Shown: positions 32,503 to 47,100 of the stretch, piece after piece
How the letters are laid out: every line of letters starts with the position of its first letter
Numbering within the stretch: the stretch's first letter is position 1
DNA from: Eledone cirrhosa
Lineage: Eukaryota
Direction of reading: 5' to 3'
DNA: 64,000 nt
NCBI GenBank assembly: GCA_964016885.1
Contig: OZ024743.1
Location: 271,436,001 to 271,500,000, forward strand
The notes under the pieces: model-generated
Told to the model about the DNA's origin: nothing
Database searches by the model: none
The model's input: the letters and a program-made list of their open reading frames with translations, nothing else
Made by a program: the position numbers and the translations under genes

Positions 32503-32744
32503 CATTATAAGACACTATAGAAATATATGTATTGCAGCCTCTTATATATCAATTAAACCCAAGCTGCACTTTCAACACTCAATCTATACAGGCATACCCT
32601 AAAAATAGGTCAACACCATGACACCAATCCAACAGTTGTACAATGATAATTATATCAATTTCTAATTCAGGCACAATACCAGCAAATTTGAGGATCAGCA
32701 AAGTTAATTAAAGCAAAGTCAGTACTTGACAGTGCTTTAAGCGA

Positions 32745-33160
32745 GCAAAACCTGGAAGAGCATGGCAAAGATAGAGAGACAGCTAAACACATTCCACACC
32801 TGATGCCTGCGAAGGATCCTTCATGTGTCCTGGCACGACTGAGTGTGAAATGAGGAAATCCTGCGGAGAGCTGAGTCATGGACGTTGCAAGGGATGGTCA
32901 TTGAATGCCAGTGCCGCTTGGCTGGCCAACCCAGTGCCTGCCCAACGAACAATAGTTGAAAACAGCGATAAACTGGACTCCACCTGGTGGCAAACTGAAG
33001 CAGGGTTGCCTCAGGATCACCTCGCAATGAACGTTCCAAAAAACCTGATGGCAGCCACTTGGCACAGACGTGAAAAAGCCACTGCTGATCATGATCGTTG
33101 GTGACCACTTACCGCTCAATGCGCTGAAAGGTGTGGAAGAACCTAAGAACTAACAAGTAC
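32745..33160 (+). mobile_element. Decayed RTE 3' fragment
   Basis: TWKSMAKIERQLNTFHT*CLRRILHVSWHD*V*NEEILRRA...DHDRW*PLTAQCAERCGRT* is a typical RTE C-terminus with stops. Confidence 0.75.
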
Positions 33161-33164
33161 TTGA

Positions 33165-33303
33165 CTGATACTTTATATTATTGACCCCAGAAGGATGAAA
33201 GATAAAGTTGACCATGGCAGGATTTGAACTCAGAATGTAAGGAGTCAACAAATAGCACTATGATATTTCATTTGATGCTCTACCAATTCTGCCAATCTAC
33301 CAC
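33165..33303 (-). mobile_element. Diverged tRNA-derived SINE
   Basis: GGATTTGAACTCAGAA (reverse B box) and AAGGATGAAAG...AAAGTTGACC as in the other copies. Confidence 0.7.
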
Positions 33304-33409
33304 CCTTCCCTCAACTATAATTATGATATATCAATATACAAATGTTTAAAATTGAATACAATGATATGTGGTAACTTCCTAACATGATTTAATTAATTAG
33401 GTCAGTCAC

Positions 33410-33725
33410 TTGGCCCTAAGGCCACCTCCCTGCTCACCACCATCAGCACAAAGTTGGCTTCCCATAGGTGTGAGTCTTGTGAGCTGGAATGGCTCTTTCA
33501 GTGCATCTCCCTCACCATCCTCTGGGGAAACGCCTTCGCTATTCTGTCTGTCAGGGCTGCGGGGCGGCCAGCTTGTGATTCCCTATTGGCTCACAATAGT
33601 GAGAGATGGGGAGAGCAGGAGAGACAGAGTAGGTGACAGAGGGAAATTGGTTCTTTTGTGTTTGAACCTGGTGTATATATGTGTATATAAGAAAGAATGA
33701 GTACTTTCATGTCGCATTCTTATTC
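33410..33725 (+). mobile_element. CRE-like non-LTR retrotransposon 3' fragment
   Basis: GPKATSLLTTISTKLASHRCESCELEWLFQCISLTILWGNAFAIL resembles the CRE terminal motif (WLxQRxSxAIxRGNA). Confidence 0.6.
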
Positions 33726-33969
33726 TATAAATATATTATAACTCGATTACTCTTTTACAAGTTTTAGTCATTGGTTAGTGGCCATGCTGAAAGTGTCTAT
33801 AATCATATCTCAATAAGGCATCAGTTTGAGAGAGGTATGTTTCCAGTTGATGGAAGATCAGTGTTGTACCTGTACAAGGTATACTGCGAAGTAGGGCAGA
33901 TTTAAATATTGGAAAAGTCTTCCTTCTATAAATATGAGGTTAATAGTTGGAACAGTTAAGTTAGTCATT

Positions 33970-34082
33970 TTGGCAGAGTCATTAGAATACATGAATTTTG
34001 GTTCTAGTTCTTTGTGTTCTCAGTTCAAATCTGGCCAAGGTCTACTTTGCCTTTCCTTCTTTCGATATTGATAAAGTACCAT
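33970..34082 (+). mobile_element. Strongly diverged SINE
   Basis: TTGGCAGAGTCATTAGA...AGTTCAAATCTGGCCAAGGTCTACTTTGCCTTT...GATAAAGTACC. Confidence 0.55.
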
Positions 34083-34523
34083 TCTGTTACATCTTGGATG
34101 TTCCACTCAATCAGAGGGTTGAAAGGGTGTTTGTTCATGACTATATAGGCACCTAAAACCCTTAGTGAAAACACGGTTACCACGTCATACTCGATTGTGA
34201 GTGACAGCAGTAGTTCGAACATTTATAATGTTATTAATAGCAATTCACCTCAAACATTTAGATATTTTGTCTGACAAAATAGACTGAGAAATTTACTCTT
34301 AAGATCCTGTAATGATTTAGCAGAAAATATCTAAAAACAGGTTTGTTAATTCAAATGTATATAATATTTTTACTACAAAACAGATTGTTGTGAAAATTTG
34401 CAGTATTAGAGTAAAGACTTTAATTGTTAATGTTATGCAGTCATAGTGCTGTTTTTTTTTTTCAATAATATATTGTTAATGTAGCTTCATACGTTACAGG
34501 ACATTAAAATTAAAACAGTTTAC

Positions 34524-35114
34524 CTGGATTCTCAACCAGTTTTCCTTGTAGTTCAAGAAGGGCTTCAATTCTCATCCCAAAGCCAATCTGGATCATTAAA
34601 ATGGAGATTACATTTATCATATCAAGCCAAATCTGATAATCATATAGAGCCTGCATGCGTTGTTTTTTAACAGCCATGACAATTCCAACCAATGTTAACA
34701 AAGATATGATGCTAATGATGATGATTACGAGAAACACCAAGTAGTCCAGAGGATCAACAAATGGATGGAATTTGAAACTGTCTGTACGAATAGTTGGTTC
34801 CATTCTGCCACAGGACAGCCTCTCAAACATAATTACAGTAGATGTGAACAGGCCAGAATTAGCATTGTATGTGCTAATGTCGATAGATACAACTCGGGTA
34901 CGCTCATCTATCCAGGTCTTCGACCGAAGTTTCTCAAATAAATATTTCACTTTATTATGTCTCTCATATAAATCAATGATATAACCAGAACTTTTATATT
35001 CTCCCTGTATTCCATAATGTATAGAGTTATGTCCAGTCTTTTCAACAGGAGTGTATTTGAAGGCAGGAATCACATATTTGTCATCCTTTTTCACTTTAGT
35101 ACCAATTTTCCAGC
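34524..35114 (-). CDS. Polycystin-family exon: extracellular polycystin (TOP) domain and the following transmembrane helices
   Basis: ATACAG|GC TGG acceptor and CCAG|GTAAAC donor, 591 nt, phase 1/1. GW...YGIQGEYKSSGYIIDL...LRSKTWIDERTRVVSIDISTYNANSGLF...FE is the polycystin-domain signature (Y-x-G-x-G-Y, WIDxxTR, YNAN). It splices in frame to 26388 (ENP|DAYV). Confidence 0.92.
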
Positions 35115-35169
35115 CTGTATCAAAGAAAAGTAGTGATTGCGATATGATTATAATATTTACTGAAAAGTG

Positions 35170-38100
35170 TGTGAAAGTAGTAAGTCTTGATATATAAAGG
35201 ACTGTATTAACCCATGGCTGAGTGTGAGAGTGGTAAGTATTAGTTCTGATATATAAAGGACTGTATTAACCAATGGCTGGGTGTGAGAGTGGTAAGTATT
35301 AGTTCTGATATATAAAGGACTGTATTAACCCATGGCTGGGTGTGAGAGTGGTAAGTATTAGTTCTGATATATAAAGGACTGTATTAACCCATGGCTGAGT
35401 GTGAGAGTGGTAAGTATTAGTTCTGATATATAAAGGACTGTATTAACCCATGGCTGAGTGTGAGAGTGGTAAGTATTAGTCTTGATATACAAAGGACTGT
35501 ATTAACCCATGACTGAGTGTGAGAGTGGTAAGTATTAGTTCTGATATATAAAGGACTGTATTAACCCATGGCTGAGTGTGAGAGTGGTAAGTATTAGTTC
35601 TGATATATAAAGGACTGTATTAACCCATGGCTGGGAGTGAGAGTGGTAAGTATTAGTTCTGATATACAAAGGACTGTATTAACCCATGGCTGAGTGTGAG
35701 AGTGGTAAGTATTAGTTCTGATATATAAAGGACTGTATTAACCAATGGCTGAGTGTGAGAGTGGTAAGTATTAGTTCTGATATATAAAGGACTGTATTAA
35801 CCCATGGCTGAGTGTGAGAGTGGTAAGTATTAGTTCTGATATATAAAGGACTGTATTAACCCATGGCTGGGTGTGAGAGTGGTAGGTATTAGTTCTGATA
35901 TACAAAGGACTGTATTAACCCATGGCTGAGTGTGAGAGTGGTAAGTATTAGTTCTGATATATAAAGGACTGTATTAACCAATGGCTGAGTGTGAGAGTGG
36001 TAAGTATTAGTTCTGATATATAAAGGACTGTATTAACCCATGGCTGGGTGTGAGAGTGGTAAGTATTAGTTCTGATATATAAAGGACTGTATTAACCCAT
36101 GGCTGAGTGTGAGAGTGGTAAGTATTAGTTCTGATATATAAAGGACTGTATTAACCAATGGCTGAGTGTGAGAGTGGTAAGTATTAGTTCTGATATATAA
36201 AGGACTGTATTAACCCATGGCTGGGTGTGAGAGTGGTAAGTATTAGTTCTGATATATAAAAGACTGTATTAACCAATGGCTGGGTGTGAGAGTGGTAAGT
36301 ATTAGTCTTGATATATAAAGGACTGTATTAACCCATGGCTGGGTGTGAGAGTGGTAAGTATTAGTTCTGATATATAAAGGACTGTATTAACCCATGGCTG
36401 AGTGTTAGAGTGGTAGGTGTTAGTTCTGATATATAAAGGACTGTATTAACCCATGGCTGAGTGTGAGAGTGGTAAGTATTAGTCTTGATATATAAAGGAC
36501 TGTATTAACCCATGGCTGAGTGTGAGAGTGGTAAGTATTAGTTCTGATATATAAAGGACTGTATTAACCCATGGCTGAGTGTGAGAGTGGTAAGTATTAG
36601 TCTTGATATATAAAGGACTGTATTAACCCATGGCTGGGTGTGAGAGTGGTAAGTATTAGTTCTGATATATAAAGGACTGTATTAACCCATGGCTGAGTGT
36701 GAGAGTGGTAAGTATTAGTCTTGATATATAAAGGACTGTATTAACCCATGGCTGAGTGTGAGAGTGGTAAGTATTAGTTCTGATATATAAAGGACTGTAT
36801 TAACCCATGGCTGAGTGTGAGAGTGGTAAGTATTAGTCTTGATATATAAAGGACTGTATTAACCCATGGCTGAGTGTGAGAGTGGTAAGTATTAGTTCTG
36901 ATATATAAAGGACTGTATTAACCAATGGCTGGGTGTGAGAGTGGTAAGTATTAGTTTTGATATATAAGGGACTGTATTAACCCATGGCTGAGTGTGAGAG
37001 TGGTAAGTATTAGTTCTGATATATAAAGGACTGTATTAACCCATGGCTGAGTGTGAGAGTGGTAAGTATTAGTTCTGATATATAAAGGACTGTATTAACC
37101 CATGGCTGGGTGTGAGAGTGGTAAGTATTAGTTCTGATATACAAAGGACTGTATTAACCCATGGCTGAGTGTGAGAGTGGTAAGTATTAGTTCTGATATA
37201 TAAAGGACTGTATTAACCAATGGCTGAGTGTGAGAGTGGTAAGTATTAGTTCTGATATATAAAGGACTGTATTAACCCATGGCTGAGTGTGAGAGTGGTA
37301 AGTATTAGTTCTGATATATAAAGGACTGTATTAACCAATGGCTGAGTGTGAGAGTGGTAAGTATTAGTCTTGATATATAAAGGACTGTATTAACCCATGG
37401 CTGAGTGTGAGAGTGGTAAGTATTAGTTCTGATATATAAAGGACTGTATTAACCCATGGCTGGGTGTGAGAGTGGTAAGTATTAGTCTTGATATATAAAG
37501 GACTGTATTAACCCATGGCTGAGTGTGAGAGTGGTAAGTATTAGTTCTGATATATAAAGGACTGTATTAACCAATGGCTGGGTGTGAGAGTGGTAAGTAT
37601 TAGTCTTGATATATAAAGGACTGTATTAACCCATGGCTGAGTGTGAGAGTGGTAAGTATTAGTTGTGATATATAAAGGACTGTATTAACCAATGGCTGGG
37701 TGTGAGAGTGGTAAGTATTAGTCTTGATATATAAAGGACTGTATTAACCCAAGGCTGAGTGTGAGAGTGGTAAGTATTAGTCTTGATATATAAAGGACTG
37801 TATTAACCCATGGCTGGGTGTGAGAGTGGTAAGTATTAGTTCTGATATATAAAAGACTGTATTAACCAATGGCTGAGTGTGAGAGTGGTAAGTATTAGTT
37901 CTGATATATAAAGGACTGTATTAACCCATGGCTGGGTGTGAGAGTGGTAAGTATTAGTTCTGATATATAAAAGACTGTATTAACCAATGGCTGGGTGTGA
38001 GAGTGGTAAGTATTAGTCTTGATATATAAAGGACTGTATTAACCCATGGCTGGGTGTGAGAGTGGTAAGTATTAGTTCTGATATATAAAGGACTGTATTA

Positions 38101-41100
38101 ACCCATGGCTGGGTGTGAGAGTGGTAAGTATTAGTTCTGATATATAAAGGACTGTATTAACCCATGGCTGAGTGTGAGAGTGGTAAGTATTAGTCTTGAT
38201 ATATAAAGGACTGTATTAACACATGGCTGAGTGTGAGAGTGGTAAGTATTAGTTCTGATATATAAAAGACTGTATTAACCAATGGCTGAGTGTGAGAGTG
38301 GTAAGTATTAGTTCTGATATATAAAGGACTGTATTAACCCATGGCTGAGTGTGAGAGTGGTAAGTATTAGTTCTGATATATAAAGGACTGTATTAACCCA
38401 TGGCTGGGTGTGAGAGTGGTAAGTATTAGACTTGATATATAAAGGACTGTATTAACCCATGGCTGAGTGTGAGAGTGGTAAGTATTAGTTCTGATATATA
38501 AAGGACTGTATTAACCAATGGCTGGGTGTGAGAGTGGTAAGTATTAGTCTTGATATATAAGGGACTGTATTAACCCATGGCTGAGTGTGAGAGTGGTAAG
38601 TATTAGTTCTGATATATAAAGGACTGTATTAACCCATGGCTGAGTGTAAGAGTGGTAAGTATTAGTTCTGATATATAAAAGACTGTATTAACCCATGGCT
38701 GGGTGTGAGAGTGGTAAGTATTAGTTCTGATATACAAAGGACTGTATTAACCCATGGATGAGTGTGAGAGTGGTAAGTATTAGTTCTGATATATAAAGGA
38801 CTGTATTAACCAATGGCTGAGTGTGAGAGTGGTAAGTATTAGTTCTGATATATAAAGGACTGTATTAACCCATGGCTGAGTGTGAGAGTGGTAAGTATTA
38901 GTTCTGATATATAAAGGACTGTATTAACCAATGGCTGAGTGTGAGAGTGGTAAGTATTAGTCTTGATATATAAAGGACAGTATTAACCCATGGCTGAGTG
39001 TGAGAGTGGTAAGTATTAGTCTTGATATATAAAGGACTGTATTAAGCCATGGCTGAGTGTGAGAGTGGTAAGTATTAGTCTTGATATATAAAGGACTGTA
39101 TTAACCAATGGCTGAGTGTGAGAGTGGTAAGTATTAGTCTTGATATATAAAGGACTGTATTAACCCATGGCTGAGTGTGAGAGTGGTAAGTATTAGTCTT
39201 GATATATAAAGGACTGTATTAACCCATGGCTGGGTGTGAGAGTGGTAAGTATTAGTTCTGATATATAAAAGACTGTATTAACCAATGGCTGAGTGTGAGA
39301 GTGGTAAGTATTAGTTCTGATATATAAAGGACTGTATTAACCCATGGCTGGGTGTGAGAGTGGTAAGTATTAGTTCTGATATATAAAAGACTGTATTAAC
39401 CAATGGCTGGGTGTGAGAGTGGTAAGTATTAGTCTTGATATATAAAGGACTGTATTAACCCATGGCTGGGTGTGAGAGTGGTAAGTATTAGTTCTGATAT
39501 ATAAAGGACTGTATTAACCCATGGCTGGGTGTGAGAGTGGTAAGTATTAGTTCTGATATATAAAGGACTGTATTAACCCATGGCTGAGTGTGAGAGTGGT
39601 AAGTATTAGTCTTGATATATAAAGGACTGTATTAACCCATGGCTGAGTGTGAGAGTGGTAAGTATTAGTTCTGATATATAAAGGACTGTATTAACCCATG
39701 GCTGAGTGTGAGAGTGGTAAGTATTAGTCTTGATATATAAAGGACTGTATTAACCCATGGCTGAGTGTGAGAGTGGTAAGTATTAGTTCTGATATAAAAA
39801 GGACTGTATTAACCAATGGCTGGGTGTGAGAGTGGTAAGTATTAGTTCTGATATATAAAGGACCGTATTAACCCATGGCTTGGTGTGAGAGTGGTAAGTA
39901 TTAGTTCTGATATATAAAGGACTGTATTAACCCATGGCTGAGTGTGAGAGTGGTAAGTATTAGTCTTGATATATAAAGGACTGTATTAACCCATGGCTGA
40001 GTGTGAAAGTGGTAAGTATTAGTCTTGATATATAAAGGACTGTATTAACCCATGGCTGAGTGTGAAAGTGGTAAGTATTAGTCTTGATATATAAAGGACT
40101 GTATTAACCCATGGCTGGGTGTGAGAGTGGTAAGTATTAGTTCTGATATATAAAGGATGTATTAACACATGGCTGGGTGTGAGAGTGGTAAGTATTAGTT
40201 CTGATATATAAAGGACTGTATTAACCCATGGCTGAGTGTGAGAGTGGTAAGTATTAGTTCTGATATATAAAGGACTGTATTAACCCATGGCTGAGTGTGA
40301 GAGTGGTAAGTATTAGTGTTGATATATAAAGGACTGTATTAACCCATGGCTGAGTGTGAGACTGGTAAGTATTAGTTCTGATATATAAAGGACTGTATTA
40401 ACACATGGCTGAGTGTGAGAGTGGTAAGTATTAGTTCTGATATATAAAGGACTGTATTAACCAATGGCTGAGTATGAGAGTGGTAAGTATTAGTCTTGAT
40501 ATACAAAGAACTGTATTAACCCATGGCTGAGTGTGAGAGTGGTAAGTATTAGTCTTGATATATAAAGGACTGTATTAACCCATGGCTGAGTGTGAGAGTG
40601 GTAAGTATTAGTCTTGATATATAAAGGACTGTATTAACCCATGGCTGAGTGTGAGAGTGGTAAGTATTAGTTCTGATATATAAAGGACTGTATTAACCCA
40701 TGGCTGAGTGTGAGAGTGGTAAGTATTAGTCTTGATATATAAAGGACTGTGTTAACACATGGCTGAGTGTGAGAGTGGTAAGTATTAGTCTTGATATATA
40801 AAGGACTGTATTAACCCATGGCTGGGTGTGAGAGCGGTAAGTATAAATCTTGATATATAAAGGACTGTATTAACCCATGGCTGAGTGTGAGAGTGGTAAG
40901 TATTAGTCTTGATATATAAAGGACTGTATTAACCCATGGCTGAGTGTGAAAGTGGTAATTATTAGTCTCGATATATTAAGGACTGTATTAACCCATGGCT
41001 GAGTGTGAGAGTGGTAAGTATTAGTTCTGATATATAAAGGACTGTATTAACCCATGGCTGGGTGTGAGAGTTGTAAGTATTAGTTCTGATATATAAAGGA

Positions 41101-44100
41101 CTGTATTAACCCATGGCTGGGTGTGAGAGTGGTAAGTATTAGTCTTGATATATAAAGGACTGTATTAACCCATGGCTGGGTGTGAGAGTGGTAAGTATTA
41201 GTTCTGATATATAAAGGACTGTATTAACCCATGTCTGAGTGTGAGAGTGGTAAGTATTAGTTATGATATATAAAGGACTGTATTAACCCATGGCTGGGTG
41301 TGAGAGTGGTAAGTATTAGTATTGATATATAAAGGACTGTATTAACCCATGGCTGAGTGTGAGAGTGGTAAGTATTAGTCTTGATATATAAAGGACTGTA
41401 TTAACCCATGGCTGAGTGTGAAAGTGGTAAGTATTAGTCTTGATATATAAAGGACTGTATTAACCCATGGCTGAGTGTGAGAGTGGTAAGTATTAGTTCT
41501 GATATATAAAGGACTGTAATAACCCATGGCTGAGTGTGAGAGTGGTAAGTATTAGTCTTGATATATAAAGGACTGTATTAACCCATGGCCGAGTGTGAAA
41601 GTGGTAAGTATTAGTCTTGATATATAAAGGACTGTATTAACCCATGGCTGAGTGTGAGAGTGGTAAGTATTAGTTCTGATATATAAAGGACTGTATTAAC
41701 CCATGGCTGAGTGTGAGAGTGGTAAGTATTAGTTCTGATATATAAAGGACTGTATTAACCCATGGCTGAGTGTGAGAGTGGTAAGTATTAGTTCTGATAT
41801 ATAAAGGACTGTATTTACCCATGGCTGAGTGTGAGAGTGGTAAGTATTAGTTCTGATATATAAGGGACTGTATTAACCCATGGCTGAGTCTGAGAGTGGT
41901 AAGTATTAGTTCTGATATATAAGGGACTGTATTAATCCATGGCTGAGTGTGAGAGTGGTAAGTATTAGTTCTGATATATAAAGGACTGTATTAACCCATG
42001 GCTGAGTGTGAGAGTGGTAAGTATTAGTCTTGATATATAAAGGACTGTATTAACCCATGGCTGAGTGTGAAAGTGGTAAGTATTAGTCTTGATATATAAA
42101 GGACTGTATTAACCCATGGCTGAGTGTGAGAGTGGTAAGTATTAGTTCTGATATATAAAGGACTGTAATAACCCATGGCTGAGTGTGAGAGTGGTAAGTA
42201 TTAGTCTTGATATATAAAGGACTGTATTAACCCATGGCTGAGTGTGAAAGTGGTAAGTATTAGTCTTGATATATAAAGGACTGTATTAACCCATGGCTGA
42301 GTGTGAGAGTGGTAAGTATTAGTTCTGATATATAAAGGACTGTATTAACCCATGGCTGAGTGTGAGAGTGGTAAGTATTAGTTCTGATATATAAAGGACT
42401 GTATTAACCCATGGCTGAGTGTGAGAGTGGTAAGTATTAGTTCTGATATATAAAGGACTGTATTAACCCATGGCTGAGTGTGAGAGTGGTAAGTATTAGT
42501 TCTGATATATAAGGGACTGTATTAACCCATGGCTGAGTCTGAGAGTGGTAAGTATTAGTTCTGATATATAAGGGACTGTATTAATCCATGGCTGAGTGTG
42601 AGAGTGGTAAGTATTAGTTCTGATATATAAAGGACTGTATTAACCCATGGCTGAGTGTGAGAGTGGTAAGTATTAGTCTTGATATATAAAGGACTGTATT
42701 AACCCATGGCTGGGTGTGAGAGTGGTAAGTATTAGTTCTGATATATAAAAGACTGTATTAACCAATGGCTGGGTGTGAGAGTGGTAAGTATTAGTCTTGA
42801 TATATAAAGGACTGTATTAACCCATGGCTGGGTGTGAGAGTGGTAAGTATTAGTTCTGATATATAAAGGACTGTATTAACCCATGGCTGGGTGTGAGAGT
42901 GGTAAGTATTAGTTCTGATATATAAAGGACTGTATTAACCCATGGCTGAGTGTGAGAGTGGTAAGTATTAGTCTTGATATATAAAGGACTGTATTAACCC
43001 ATGGCTGAGTGTGAGAGTGGTAAGTATTAGTTCTGATATATAAAGGACTGTATTAACCCATGGCTGAGTGTGAGAGTGGTAAGTATTAGTCTTGATATAT
43101 AAAGGACTGTATTAACCCATGGCTGAGTGTGAGAGTGGTAAGTATTAGTTCTGATATAAAAAGGACTGTATTAACCAATGGCTGGGTGTGAGAGTGGTAA
43201 GTATTAGTTCTGATATATAAAGGACCGTATTAACCCATGGCTTGGTGTGAGAGTGGTAAGTATTAGTTCTGATATATAAAGGACTGTATTAACCCATGGC
43301 TGAGTGTGAGAGTGGTAAGTATTAGTCTTGATATATAAAGGACTGTATTAACCCATGGCTGAGTGTGAAAGTGGTAAGTATTAGTCTTGATATATAAAGG
43401 ACTGTATTAACCCATGGCTGAGTGTGAAAGTGGTAAGTATTAGTCTTGATATATAAAGGACTGTATTAACCCATGGCTGGGTGTGAGAGTGGTAAGTATT
43501 AGTTCTGATATATAAAGGATGTATTAACACATGGCTGGGTGTGAGAGTGGTAAGTATTAGTTCTGATATATAAAGGACTGTATTAACCCATGGCTGAGTG
43601 TGAGAGTGGTAAGTATTAGTTCTGATATATAAAGGACTGTATTAACCCATGGCTGAGTGTGAGAGTGGTAAGTATTAGTGTTGATATATAAAGGACTGTA
43701 TTAACCCATGGCTGAGTGTGAGACTGGTAAGTATTAGTTCTGATATATAAAGGACTGTATTAACACATGGCTGAGTGTGAGAGTGGTAAGTATTAGTTCT
43801 GATATATAAAGGACTGTATTAACCAATGGCTGAGTATGAGAGTGGTAAGTATTAGTCTTGATATACAAAGAACTGTATTAACCCATGGCTGAGTGTGAGA
43901 GTGGTAAGTATTAGTCTTGATATATAAAGGACTGTATTAACCCATGGCTGAGTGTGAGAGTGGTAAGTATTAGTCTTGATATATAAAGGACTGTATTAAC
44001 CCATGGCTGAGTGTGAGAGTGGTAAGTATTAGTTCTGATATATAAAGGACTGTATTAACCCATGGCTGAGTGTGAGAGTGGTAAGTATTAGTCTTGATAT

Positions 44101-47100
44101 ATAAAGGACTGTGTTAACACATGGCTGAGTGTGAGAGTGGTAAGTATTAGTCTTGATATATAAAGGACTGTATTAACCCATGGCTGGGTGTGAGAGCGGT
44201 AAGTATAAATCTTGATATATAAAGGACTGTATTAACCCATGGCTGAGTGTGAGAGTGGTAAGTATTAGTCTTGATATATAAAGGACTGTATTAACCCATG
44301 GCTGAGTGTGAAAGTGGTAATTATTAGTCTCGATATATTAAGGACTGTATTAACCCATGGCTGAGTGTGAGAGTGGTAAGTATTAGTTCTGATATATAAA
44401 GGACTGTATTAACCCATGGCTGGGTGTGAGAGTGGTAAGTATTAGTTCTGATATATAAAGGACTGTATTAACCCATGGCTGGGTGTGAGAGTGGTAAGTA
44501 TTAGTCTTGATATATAAAGGACTGTATTAACCCATGGCTGGGTGTGAGAGTGGTAAGTATTAGTTCTGATATATAAAGGACTGTATTAACCCATGTCTGA
44601 GTGTGAGAGTGGTAAGTATTAGTTATGATATATAAAGGACTGTATTAACCCATGGCTGGGTGTGAGAGTGGTAAGTATTAGTATTGATATATAAAGGACT
44701 GTATTAACCCATGGCTGAGTGTGAGAGTGGTAAGTATTAGTCTTGATATATAAAGGACTGTATTAACCCATGGCTGAGTGTGAAAGTGGTAAGTATTAGT
44801 CTTGATATATAAAGGACTGTATTAACCCATGGCTGAGTGTGAGAGTGGTAAGTATTAGTTCTGATATATAAAGGACTGTAATAACCCATGGCTGAGTGTG
44901 AGAGTGGTAAGTATTAGTCTTGATATATAAAGGACTGTATTAACCCATGGCTGAGTGTGAAAGTGGTAAGTATTAGTCTTGATATATAAAGGACTGTATT
45001 AACCCATGGCTGAGTGTGAGAGTGGTAAGTATTAGTTCTGATATATAAAGGACTGTATTAACCCATGGCTGAGTGTGAGAGTGGTAAGTATTAGTTCTGA
45101 TATATAAAGGACTGTATTAACCCATGGCTGAGTGTGAGAGTGGTAAGTATTAGTTCTGATATATAAAGGACTGTATTAACCCATGGCTGAGTGTGAGAGT
45201 GGTAAGTATTAGTTCTGATATATAAGGGACTGTATTAACCCATGGCTGAGTCTGAGAGTGGTAAGTATTAGTTCTGATATATAAGGGACTGTATTAATCC
45301 ATGGCTGAGTGTGAGAGTGGTAAGTATTAGTTCTGATATATAAAGGACTGTATTAACCCATGGCTGAGTGTGAGAGTGGTAAGTATTAGTCTTGATATAT
45401 AAAGGACTGTATTAACCCATGGCTGAGTGTGAAAGTGGTAAGTATTAGTCTTGATATATAAAGGACTGTATTAACCCATGGCTGAGTGTGAGAGTGGTAA
45501 GTATTAGTTCTGATATATAAAGGACTGTAATAACCCATGGCTGAGTGTGAGAGTGGTAAGTATTAGTCTTGATATATAAAGGACTGTATTAACCCATGGC
45601 TGAGTGTGAAAGTGGTAAGTATTAGTCTTGATATATAAAGGACTGTATTAACCCATGGCTGAGTGTGAGAGTGGTAAGTATTAGTTCTGATATATAAAGG
45701 ACTGTATTAACCCATGGCTGAGTGTGAGAGTGGTAAGTATTAGTTCTGATATATAAAGGACTGTATTAACCCATGGCTGAGTGTGAGAGTGGTAAGTATT
45801 AGTTCTGATATATAAAGGACTGTATTAACTCATGGCTGAGTGTGAGAGTGGTAAGTATTAGTTCTGATATATAAGGGACTGTATTAACCCATGGCTGAGT
45901 CTGAGAGTGGTAAGTATTAGTTCTGATATATAAGGGACTGTATTAATCCATGGCTGAGTGTGAGAGTGGTAAGTATTAGTTCTGATATATAAAGGACTGT
46001 ATTAACCCATGGCTGAGTGTGAGAGTGGTAAGTATTAGTCTTGATATATAAAGGACTGTATTAACCCATGGCTGGGTGTGAGAGTGGTAAGTATTAGTTC
46101 TGATATATAAAAGACTGTATTAACCAATGGCTGGGTGTGAGAGTGGTAAGTATTAGTCTTGATATATAAAGGACTGTATTAACCCATGGCTGGGTGTGAG
46201 AGTGGTAAGTATTAGTTCTGATATATAAAGGACTGTATTAACCCATGGCTGGGTGTGAGAGTGGTAAGTATTAGTTCTGATATATAAAGGACTGTATTAA
46301 CCCATGGCTGAGTGTGAGAGTGGTAAGTATTAGTCTTGATATATAAAGGACTGTATTAACCCATGGCTGAGTGTGAGAGTGGTAAGTATTAGTTCTGATA
46401 TATAAAGGACTGTATTAACCCATGGCTGAGTGTGAGAGTGGTAAGTATTAGTCTTGATATATAAAGGACTGTATTAACCCATGGCTGAGTGTGAGAGTGG
46501 TAAGTATTAGTTCTGATATAAAAAGGACTGTATTAACCAATGGCTGGGTGTGAGAGTGGTAAGTATTAGTTCTGATATATAAAGGACCGTATTAACCCAT
46601 GGCTTGGTGTGAGAGTGGTAAGTATTAGTTCTGATATATAAAGGACTGTATTAACCCATGGCTGAGTGTGAGAGTGGTAAGTATTAGTCTTGATATATAA
46701 AGGACTGTATTAACCCATGGCTGAGTGTGAAAGTGGTAAGTATTAGTCTTGATATATAAAGGACTGTATTAACCCATGGCTGAGTGTGAAAGTGGTAAGT
46801 ATTAGTCTTGATATATAAAGGACTGTATTAACCCATGGCTGGGTGTGAGAGTGGTAAGTATTAGTTCTGATATATAAAGGATGTATTAACACATGGCTGG
46901 GTGTGAGAGTGGTAAGTATTAGTTCTGATATATAAAGGACTGTATTAACCCATGGCTGAGTGTGAGAGTGGTAAGTATTAGTTCTGATATATAAAGGACT
47001 GTATTAACCCATGGCTGAGTGTGAGAGTGGTAAGTATTAGTGTTGATATATAAAGGACTGTATTAACCCATGGCTGGGTGTGAGACTGGTAAGTATTAGT

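Noticed and set aside
31427-32520. ORFs rich in YI/HT/CV repeats
   Set aside because: They are translations of (TA)n and (CA)n microsatellites.
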